Shown one piece after another: positions 13,640-28,088 of a stretch of 64,000 nt of DNA. The stretch covers positions 434,001-498,000 of the forward strand of contig OZ024756.1 in NCBI GenBank assembly GCA_964016885.1. The letters are read 5' to 3'. The stretch is from Eledone cirrhosa. Lineage: Eukaryota. The translations under genes were made by a program, and so were the position numbers. The notes beneath the pieces were generated by a model that was given only the letters and a program-made list of their open reading frames with translations, did not search any database and had not been told where the DNA came from. Each line of letters begins with the position of its first letter. Position 1 is the first letter of the stretch.

Positions 13640-14135
13640 GGTGGTGATGGCGGTAGTGGTGGTAGTGGTGGTGGTGGTAGTAGTGGTGGTGGTGGTGGTA
13701 GTAGTGGTAGTGGTGGTGGTGGTAGTGATGGTGGTAGTGATGGTGATGGTGGTAGTGGTGGTGATGGTGGTAGTGCTGATGGTGGTGGTAGTGGTGATGG
13801 TGGTAGTGTTGGTAGTGGTGATGATGGTGGTAGCAGTGGTAGTGGTGGTGGTAGTGGCAGTGGTAGTGATGGTGGTGGTAGTGGTGATGGCGGTGGTAGT
13901 GATGGTGATGGTGGTGGTAGTGATGGTGATGGTGGTGGTAGTGGTGGTGATGGTGGTGGTAGTGATGGTGATGGTGGTGGTGATAGTGATGGTGATGGTA
14001 GTGGTGATAGTGATGGTGATGGTAGTGGTGATAGTGATGGTGATGGTAGTGGTGATAGTGATGGTGATGGTAGTGGTGATAGTGATGGTGATGGTAGTGG
14101 TGATAGTGATGGTGATGGTTGCAGTGATGACGGTG
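13640..14135. repeat. (GGT/AGT/GAT)n triplet low-complexity tract
   Basis: Direct inspection. Confidence 0.92.
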
Positions 14136-14744
14136 ATTGTAGTAATTGTTTCTAATATTGAAACAAGGTTAGTAATTAGGGGGAAGTGGATTATGTGACC
14201 AACCTCAGGACTTGATCGGCCCTTTATTTTATCAACCCCGGTAGAAACGAAAATGTAGGGAAGGAGTGTTAATCGATTGAATGAAACGGACCTCCGTCGG
14301 TCTCCACGATGTGTGTTCCAAGTGTCCAATCAACGAAACACCCTGCTCATGAAATTACTGTGCAAGTGGCTGAGTATTCCACAGACACATTCCACCGTTA
14401 ACGTAGTTATCAGTGAGCTGGTACATTCCATCCGGCGGGCTTCCAAACAGTTTCTGTCTACCGAGCGACACTGACAAGGTATGGGGTTAACCCGTGATCG
14501 AACCCACGACCAATTGATTGGGAAGAGAACTTCTTAACCATTCGGCCATATTGTGTCTACTGAATGATGTAATAATAATAATAACGATGGTAATCGTAAT
14601 AGTTATAATGATGATGATGACAATGATGATGTCAGTAGTTATGATGACAGTGGTGATGACAGTGGTGATGATGACTGATGATGATGATGTCAGTGACAAT
14701 GGTGAGTTACAATAACAGTGATGACAGTGATACGAGTGACAATG

Positions 14745-17700
14745 AATGATGACAGTAACGACAATGACAGTAACGACAATGACAGTAACAACAATGACAG
14801 TAACAACAATGACAGTAACGACAATGACAGTGACGACAATGACACTAACGACAATGACAGTAACAACAATGACAGTAACAACAATGACACTAACGACAAT
14901 GACAGTAACGACAATGACAGTAACGACAATGACAGTAACGACAATGACTAACGACAATGACAGTGACAACAATGACAGTAACGACAATGACAGTAACGAC
15001 AATGACAGTAACGACAATGACACTAACGACAATGACAGTAACAACAATGACAGTAACAACAATGACAGTAACGACAATGACAGTAACAACAATGACAGTA
15101 ACGACAATGACAGTAACAACAATGACAGTAACGACAATGACACTAACGACAATGACACTAACGACAATGACACTAACGACAATGACACTAACGACAATGA
15201 CAGTAACGACAATGACAGTAACGACAATGACAGTAACGACAATGACAGTAACGACAATGACAGTAACGACAATGACAGTAACGACAATGACAGTAACGAC
15301 AATGACAGTAACGACAATGACAGTAACGACAATGACACTAACGACAATGACAGTAACGACAATGACAGTAACGACAATGACAGTAACGACAATGACAGTA
15401 ACGACAATGACAGTAACGACAATGACAGTAACGACAATGACAGTAACGACAATGACAGTAACGACAATGACAGTAACGACAATGACAGTAACGACAATGA
15501 CAGTAACGACAATGACAGTAACGACAATGACAGTAACGACAATGACTGTAACGACAATGACTGTAACGACAATGACAGTAACGACAATGACACTAACGAC
15601 AATGACAGTAACGACAATGACAGTAACGACAATGACAGTAACGACAATGACAGTAACGACAATGACAGTAACGACAATGACAGTAACGACAATGACAGTA
15701 ACGACAATGACAGTAACGACAATGACAGTAACGACAATGACAGTAACGACAATGACAGTAACGACAATGACAGTAACGACAATGACACTAACGACAATGA
15801 CACTAACGACAATGACTAACGACAATGACAGTAACGACAATGACAGTAACGACAATGACTGTAACGACAATGACAGTAACGACAATGACACTAACGACAA
15901 TGACACTAACGACAATGACACTAACGACAATGACACTAACGACAATGACTAACGACAATGACAGTAACGACAATGACAGTAACGACAATGACAGTAACGA
16001 CAATGACTGTAACGACAATGACTGTAACGACAATGACTGTAACGACAATGACAGTAACGACAATGACAGTAACGACAATGACAGTAACGACAATGACAGT
16101 AACGACAATGACAGTAACGACAATGACAGTAACGACAATGACACTAACGACAATGACAGTAACGACAATGACAGTAACGACAATGACAGTAACGACAATG
16201 ACTGTAACGACAATGACACTAACGACAATGACACTAACGACAATGACTAACGACAATGACTGTAACGACAATGACAGTAACAACAATGACAGTAACGACA
16301 ATGACAGTAACGACAATGACACTAACGACAATGACACTAACGACAATGACACTAACGACAATGACTAACGACAATGACTGTAACGACAATGACAGTAACA
16401 ACAATGACAGTAACGACAATGACAGTAACGACAATGACACTAACGACAATGACACTAACGACAATGACTAACGACAATGACAGTAACGACAATGACAGTA
16501 ACGACAATGACTGTAACGACAATGACAGTAACGACAATGACACTAACGACAATGACACTAACGACAATGACACTAACGACAATGACACTAACGACAATGA
16601 CACTAACGACAATGACTAACGACAATGACAGTAACGACAATGACTGTAACGACAATGACAGTAACGACAATGACAGTAACGACAATGACAGTAACGACAA
16701 TGACAGTAACGACAATGACAGTAACGACAATGACAGTAACGACAATGACACTAACGACAATGACACTAACGACAATGACACTAACGACAATGACTAACGA
16801 CAATGACTGTAACGACAATGACTGTAACGACAATGACAGTAACGACAATGACAGTAACGACAATGACAGTAACGACAATGACAGTAACGACAATGACAGT
16901 AACGACAATGACAGTAACGACAATGACAGTAACGACAATGACAGTAACGACAATGACAGTAACGACAATGACAGTAACGACAATGACACTAACGACAATG
17001 ACACTAACGACAATGACTAACGACAATGACAGTAACGACAATGACAGTAACGACAATGACTGTAACGACAATGACTGTAACGACAATGACAGTAACGACA
17101 ATGACAGTAACGACAATGACAGTAACGACAATGACAGTAACGACAATGACAGTAACGACAATGACAGTAACGACAATGACACTAACGACAATGACAGTAA
17201 CGACAATGACAGTAACGACAATGACACTAACGACAATGACAGTAACGACAATGACAGTAACGACAATGACAGTAACGACAATGACAGTAACGACAATGAC
17301 AGTAACGACAATGACACTAACGACAATGACACTAACGACAATGACAGTAACGACAATGACAGTAACGACAATGACAGTAACGACAATGACAGTAACGACA
17401 ATGACAGTAACGACAATGACAGTAACGACAATGACAGTAACGACAATGACAGTAACGACAATGACAGTAGCGACAATGACAGTAACGACAATGACAGTAA
17501 CGACAATGACAGTAACGACAATGACAGTAACGACAATGACAGTAACGACAATGACAGTAACGACAATGACAGTAACGACAATGACAGTAACGACAATGAA
17601 CAGTAACGACAATGACAGTAACGACAATGACAGTAACGACAATGACAGTAACGACAATGACACTAACGACAATGACAGTAACGACAATGACAGTAACGAC

Positions 17701-20275
17701 AATGACAGTAACGACAATGACAGTAACGACAATGACACTAACGACAATGACACTAACGACAATGACAGTAACGACAATGACAGTAACGACAATGACACTA
17801 ACGACAATGACACTAACGACAATGACACTAACGACAATGACAGTAACGACAATGACAGTAACGACAATGACAGTAACGACAATGACAGTAACGACAATGA
17901 CAGTAACGACAATGACACTAACGACAATGACAGTAACGACAATGACAGTAACGACAATGACAGTAACGACAATGACAGTAACGACAATGACACTAACGAC
18001 AATGACACTAACGACAATGGACACTAACGACAATGACAGTAACGACAATGACAGTAACGACAATGACAGTAACGACAATGACAGTAACGACAATGACAGT
18101 AACGACAATGACAGTAACGACAATGACAGTAACGACAATGACAGTAACGACAATGACAGTAACGACAATGACAGTAACGACAATGACAGTAACGACAATG
18201 ACAGTAACGACAATGACAGTAACGACAATGACAGTAACGACCAATGACAGTAACGACAATGACAGTAACGACAATGACAGTAACGACAATGACAGTAACG
18301 ACAATGACAGTAACGACAATGACAGTAACGACAATGACACTAACGACAATGACACTAACGACAATGACAGTAACGACAATGACAGTAACGACAATGACAG
18401 TAACGACAATGACAGTAACGACAATGACAGTAACGACAATGACAGTAACGACAATGACAGTAACGACAATGACAGTAACGACAATGACAGTAACGACAAT
18501 GACAGTAACGACAATGACAGTAACGACAATGACTGTAACGACAATGACTGTAACGACAATGACAGTAACGACAATGACAGTAACGACAATGACAGTAACG
18601 ACAATGACAGTAACGACAATGACTGTAACGACAATGACTGTAACGACAATGACAGTAACGACAATGACACTAACGACAATGACACTAACGACAATGACAC
18701 TAACGACAATGACACTAACGACAATGACACTAACGACAATGACAGTAACGACAATGACAGTAACGACAATGACAGTAACGACAATGACACTAACGACAAT
18801 GACAGTAACGACAATGACAGTAACGACAATGACAGTAACGACAATGACAGTAACGACAATGACTGTAACGACAATGACAGTAACGACAATGACAGTAACG
18901 ACAATGACAGTAACGACAATGACAGTAACGACAATGACAGTAACGACAATGACAGTAACGACAATGACAGTAACGACAATGACAGTAACAATAATGACAG
19001 TAACGACAATGACAGTAACGACAATGACAGTAACGACAATGACAGTAACGACAATGACAGTAACGACAATGACAGTAACGACAATGACTGTAACGACAAT
19101 GACTGTAACGACAATGACAGTAACGACAATGACAGTAACGACAATGACAGTAACGACAATGACAGTAACGACAATGACTGTAACGACAATGACTGTAACG
19201 ACAATGACAGTAACGACAATGACAGTAACGACAATGACAGTAACGACAATGACAGTAACGACAATGACAGTAACGACAATGACAGTAACGACAATGACAG
19301 TAACGACAATGACAGTAACGACAATGACAGTAACAACAATGACAGTAACGACAATGACACTAACGACAATGACACTAACGACAATGACTAACGACAATGA
19401 CAGTAACGACAATGACTAACGACAATGACTGTAACGACAATGACAGTAACGACAATGACAGTAACGACAATGACAGTAACGACAATGACAGTAACAACAA
19501 TGACAGTAACGACAATGACACTAACGACAATGACACTAACGACAATGACTAACGACAATGACAGTAACGACAATGACAGTAACGACAATGACAGTAACGA
19601 CAATGACAGTAACGACAATGACAGTAACGACAATGACAGTAACGACAATGACACTAACGACAATGACACTAACGACAATGACTAACGACAATGACAGTAA
19701 CGACAATGACAGTAACGACAATGACAGTAACGACAATGACAGTAACGACAATGACAGTAACAACAATGACAGTAACAACAATGACAGGAACGACAATGAC
19801 AGTAACGACAATGACAGTAACGACAATGACAGTAACGACAATGACAGTAACGACAATGACAGTAACGACAATGACAGTAACGACAATGACAGTAACAACT
19901 ATGACAGTGACGACAATGACAGTAACGACAATGACAGTAACGACAATGACAGTAACGACAATGACAGTAACGACAATGACAGTAACGACAATGACAGTAA
20001 CGACAATGACAGTAACGACAATGACAGTAACGACAATGACAGTAACGACAATGACACTAACAACTATGACAGTGACGACAATGACAGTAACGACAATGAC
20101 AGTAACGACAATGACAGTAACGACAATGACAGTAACAACAATGACAGTAACGACAATGACAGTAACGACAATGACAGTAACGACAATGACAGTAACAACA
20201 ATGACAGTAACAACAATGGCAGTAGCGACAATGACAGTAACAACAATGACAGTAACGACAATGACAGTGACTGTG
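14745..20275. repeat. 15-bp minisatellite (GACAGTAACGACAAT)n, about 5.5 kb
   Basis: Hundreds of units; variants GACACT and GACTGT, and a 13-bp GACTAACGACAAT unit. Confidence 0.98.
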
Positions 20276-20696
20276 ATGACAATGCCAGTGACAGTGACAA
20301 TGATGACAGTACCAGTAGTAATGTGTTAAACTGTAAACCAGTCTGAGGCAGCAGTTGATATCGTTATTCAAATAATTGTTTCTACTTTAGGCACAAGGCC
20401 AGCAATTATCCAGTGCATTACTGGTACTTTATTTTATCGACCCCGTAAGGATAAAAGGCAAAGTCAACCTCGACGGGATATTCAAATAATAATACTTGAT
20501 ATTCTACCAGCAAATGTTTTGACACAAAACTCTATATCTCTCTCAGACACACTTACTTTTGTAAAACAATGGTTTATCTAGCAGCAAATATAATATTATA
20601 AATGTTTCAAATGACACTCTTGCATTCTAAGTAACAACAGATAAACAGGATATAACAAACAATAATGGGAAAATAACAGAATATTCTAAAATATAG

Positions 20697-22068
<1,372 letters not shown>

Positions 22069-22074
22069 ATATAT

Positions 22075-22780
22075 ATATATTCGTTTTTGAATATGTTTTG
22101 CGAGATTTCTTATCTGGAAACGTGTGTTGAAACAGATATTGTTATACTTTGGGAGGGTGCCAATAAAAACACACGCACCTGTTGATTTTCACTCTAGGTT
22201 GGGAAAAATCATCAGAACTCCACCAACATGACAAAACAGAATATAGGGGCACATTAGAGGGCATTAAAGAAACATTATATTCACACACAGAAAAGATGCA
22301 ATCTCAGAGGCGACAAACATAAACGAACTCCAACCAAAATTAAACAGAAAACATGAGTGGAATAGCGACATCATAACTAGTAATTAAAGGCAAAATGAAG
22401 ACGTCCAGACAAACACAAAAATCAAACTAACAAAGCAAATCAGACACACACAGATAGAACAAACAACCAACTAGTGACAAGTAAATACACACATAAAATA
22501 AAACACACACACACCCGGATGTAACGCATGCGCAAACTAAACATACAACACGCAAAAACAAAATAGTGTAGGACAGAAAAAGGAGCGACACACAAAATAA
22601 AAACCTAGTCACTGAGGAGGTCACAGAATGTGTGACGAAAGATCTTTGACAATATATAAACAACCTTCCGGTTATCGAACCAACCAACCGGAAATTTATA
22701 ATAATAAATTGAAGTGAAAACCAACAGGTGCGTGTGTTTTTATTGGCAACATGCCCCTCCCCAAGTATAACAATATATAT
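22075..22780 (+). mobile_element. 5'-truncated PLE family 2 copy with a short inverted terminal segment
   Basis: Encodes PKLNRKHEWNSDIITSN* (compare KPKLNRKYEWNSNITTYN* at 38589); 22136-22195 is an inverted copy of about 22712-22776. Confidence 0.8.
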
Positions 22781-22867
22781 GTAAAAGGTAAACAGAAATA
22801 ACAACACAATCGGTACAGTATATGGAAGGGATATATTAGGTTAACGCTTGAAATAGCCGGAAGAGGG

Positions 22868-22903
22868 TCTTAACGTTTCGGGCGCTAGTCCTTCATCAGA
22901 AGA
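22868..22903 (-). ncRNA. Minimal type I hammerhead ribozyme motif
   Basis: Minus strand reads TCTT CTGATGA aggactagcgccc GAA ACGT T AAGA: stem I TCTT/AAGA, palindromic stem III ACGT. Confidence 0.65.
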
Positions 22904-23292
22904 AAAAATGAGAAATAAGATAAATTGAAGAGACGGGCGTGGTGGAATTCGAAAAAGTGTCTTTAGATAAAAAAAATAGCAGGTCCATTCATGTTGACAT
23001 CTCTCGGAAGGCGGTGGATTGGCAGAGTCAGTAAAAGGTCGCAAAACATGCTTTGCGGTATAGAGTTACGGCCTTTTACATTGAGTTGAAATACTCCGGG
23101 ATTACTTTGCCTTTCATCCTTACGGAGTCGGTAAAATAAAGTACCGGTTACGTACTGGAGTTGATTTATTCGACTTACCCCTCCCTCAAGATTGTTGGCC
23201 TTGTGTCTAAATCAGAACAATATATATATACATACATATGTATACATACATATGTATATATATATATATACACATACATATGTATATATATA

Positions 23293-23911
23293 TGGTGGCT
23301 GCCAACTCGTTTTCGAGTACGGCCACTACTTTATATCCATGTAGGAGAACCCCTACCGATACGCTGAACGAGTGTGACTTTTTAGTCCAGCCAGCAACTT
23401 GAAAACTCTGGTACAAACACTACACTTGTGACAATTATTGACACATAGTGCTGGGCCCATGGTACCATGTAATGACAAGTGCAGAGAGATCTCCAGATAC
23501 AAAGCAATGCCTGTGCCGTGAAGCTTTTATAGTGAGCAAAGGCACTGCACAAAGCCAGTCCCACTCTCTTAACCAAGATGATATTTACCAAAAAGAAGAA
23601 CAAGTCAACATCATTGGATACCATCAGGGTTGCAGGTGTTATATCAGAGTTTTCCTTCTCCTAGAATTCTGCCTTGACAAAGGCTAAGGGGTCATCTCTC
23701 CCAGTGATTTTGGATGGCCATTGACTCTTAAGAGCTCCTTTGCCCTTTGACAGGTTTTGTTTTTAGTCCTGCAGGATGTCCAAAGTCACCCTCCTCACCA
23801 AGAAACCTTAGTGGGGTTGCCAGTTTAGTCGCCAACGACCCGACCATGAGACAGGTTGTACTGGGATACATGTTACCAGTAGCACCAAGTGGTGACCTGA
23901 CCTAGGTCAGG

Positions 23912-23912
<1 letters not shown>
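23293..23912 (-). mobile_element. Non-autonomous RTE-derived element family F
   Basis: Near-identical to 44222-44745 and 51920-52260; RTE 5'UTR-like CTAGGAGAAGGAAAACTCTG; 3' tail TGGCCGTACTCGAAAACGAGTTGGCAGCCACC. Confidence 0.8.
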
Positions 23913-26065
<2,153 letters not shown>

Positions 26066-26285
26066 ATTGATAAATAAATATTTTATTGATAAATTCAAAC
26101 CCAAGCTAAATGAACAATAATAACGCCTAGGGGTATTACTTCTACTACCACTATGACCACGACCACTAACAACAACAACAACAACAATAATAATAATAAT
26201 AAAAGTGATGTTGATGGTGATGATTAATAGAAAATGCTATTTTCATCATTTCAAAAAAGCAAAACAATTGATACGTTGGATATGA

Positions 26286-26435
26286 CTATTGGTCGTTAGC
26301 ATGCTCAACCAGCCGTGACGCTTAAACCAATCAGCTGTAGTAATTCAGTGAAACTACACACTGATTGGTCGAAATACAGTTTACAGGGCTTTGCATTCTG
26401 GAGCCACTTTTCTCTGTATAAAATGTATAAAAGGT
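26286..26435 (+). promoter_or_regulatory. Candidate Pol II promoter in the pseudo-LTR
   Basis: CCAAT boxes (ATTGG at 26288, AACCAATCAG at 26325, CTGATTGG at 26361) followed by TATAAAA at 26417 and TATAAAAGG at 26426. Confidence 0.5.
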
Positions 26436-26495
26436 AGGAAATTTACCCATCTCATTACAGTTGAAAATTGCAAACTCGACTGTCACCACATATCA

Positions 26496-26534
26496 TGAAC
26501 CTGAAGATTGCGAAAGCATGAAAGTACTTGTTCA
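26496..26534 (+). ncRNA. Minimal type I hammerhead ribozyme in the 5' pseudo-LTR
   Basis: TGAAC CTGAAGA tTGC-GAAA-GCAt GAA AGTACT T GTTCA: stem I TGAAC/GTTCA, GNRA-capped stem II, palindromic stem III. Confidence 0.8.
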
Positions 26535-26738
26535 ATTAACACTTAGAATTTAATATTCTATCATACTATTTCATTATAATACCATTATATATATTTTAAA
26601 GGATTGTAAATAAAACGAGTAAATCAGACAAAGTTGGAATTCCTCTTATTAATATAATCTTCTATACACAATCATACACACCCGTGTATATTTACCTATC
26701 TATATCTATATATATATTCCTATTGTGTATATGCCAAC

Positions 26739-28088
26739 ATGTCTGGAAAGCAACAAATGAAACCAACAGAATCAGAAAGAATTCTAAAGGAGATATCATC
26801 GAAATTATCAACACTTATCACGATGATGGACACACAATCCTCTATTTTAAAGGAAATAGAAAAACAATCTACAGACGGAAAACTTATAACTGAACATATA
26901 AACTCTGAAATTAAGAATTTAGCTGAAATTATACCAACAGTTATCAAAGATACAAGAGAAAGCCTACCACAACCCCCTTGGATGTCAGAAATAAACGAAA
27001 GAAATTTGGAAAACAAAACACATCGAATAAGAAAAGAAATGTGGAAGACATGGAAAAAATTCCTTAACATAAGAAAACAAAATTTCTGGAAAGCATACAG
27101 ATGCGAAAAATATGTCGAAACACATTCGAAATGGCTCTCTCTAACGGCACCCATACTCCCTCGTAAATACCTAATTACAGAAATTGCAGGAGAACCAGAA
27201 GAAGAAACAAAACTCCGATGGGAACTTACATTGACAAAATTCAGGACCGACATCTCCATTTCTGAATGTAAACAATCCCGCTACAAAGCCAAATATGAAG
27301 CTATTGATGACCAAATTGAAGTTGAAATTTCAAAGCTAACGACTGGTATTATAGCTGAAAAACTACGAGAACTATGGATCGGAGATATCTCAAAAGAAGA
27401 AAACAAATCAAGAAAGGTATGGCAGCTGAAACAATTATTTCTCGATGAATATGCTGCAAATTACGGTAAAGACTCTGGAACCCTGAGAAAAAGCATTAAA
27501 AGTGGACAATCTCATCAACACAACATACGCCAGAACACGTGCCAACACAAACACTCACCTTACCTTGAATCAAAGAAGAACTACGGTAATAACTCTTCGC
27601 TTTTTCTACAAAAACACCCTATCGCACACAACATGAACAAAAAGCACAAACACGATAGGTATTCCTTTGACCAGACCATGAGAAGTAGTAAAACCAGGAG
27701 ATCATTCTCAAGATCTCAACAGAGACTACCAACAAGGAATGTGGAAACAAAACGTAGAATAACCAGATCACTCTCAAGATCTCAACAGAGATTGCCCACA
27801 AGAAACTGGACGAAAAAACGATCTAAACCTGAAAGCAAACCTAGGTCATTTTCCCAGATTGTTAAAAATAATGCTAACAGGAAGAAAAATAATATACAGA
27901 ATACCAAAAATAGGACAAAATACATAACGAAACCAAATATAATATCACGACCAAAAGTTCATCAAGCGAACACCAACAGGAATATAAATCCTGAACAGAG
28001 AAAAATTCATTTTTTAACGTCAGGACAACAAAAACCGGAAAAAGAAAAACTCCAGGAGGAAACATACCCAAAACAGCTGTACACGTAG
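26739..28088 (+). CDS. PLE ORF1, 449 aa: helical/coiled-coil-like N-half and basic K/R/S-rich C-half
   Basis: Long uninterrupted non-repetitive ORF inside the element, directly after the pseudo-LTR; duplicated SRSQQRLPTRN motif; no recognisable catalytic motif. Confidence 0.8.
   Translation: MSGKQQMKPTESERILKEISSKLSTLITMMDTQSSILKEIEKQSTDGKLITEHINSEIKNLAEIIPTVIKDTRESLPQPPWMSEINERNLENKTHRIRKEMWKTWKKFLNIRKQNFWKAYRCEKYVETHSKWLSLTAPILPRKYLITEIAGEPEEETKLRWELTLTKFRTDISISECKQSRYKAKYEAIDDQIEVEISKLTTGIIAEKLRELWIGDISKEENKSRKVWQLKQLFLDEYAANYGKDSGTLRKSIKSGQSHQHNIRQNTCQHKHSPYLESKKNYGNNSSLFLQKHPIAHNMNKKHKHDRYSFDQTMRSSKTRRSFSRSQQRLPTRNVETKRRITRSLSRSQQRLPTRNWTKKRSKPESKPRSFSQIVKNNANRKKNNIQNTKNRTKYITKPNIISRPKVHQANTNRNINPEQRKIHFLTSGQQKPEKEKLQEETYPKQLYT

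Larger units (their letters stand above)
26080..26656 (+). repeat. 5' pseudo-LTR of the PLE
   Basis: 577 bp; by eye differs from the 3' copy only at ATGCTCAACC vs ATGTTCAACC. Confidence 0.95.

Noticed and set aside
12848-14155. 435-aa ORF with KDHLTFQQMLYKM repeats and a Gly/Asp/Ser tail
   Set aside because: Chance read-through across (TA)n, a LINE fragment, an antisense SINE and tandem repeats
14487-20346. Long ORFs (NDNDS / MTVTT / SLSLL repeats) resembling acidic biomineralisation proteins or mucins
   Set aside because: Translations of a 15-bp minisatellite, open in several frames and strands and broken by frequent 13-bp units; no unique domain or signal peptide
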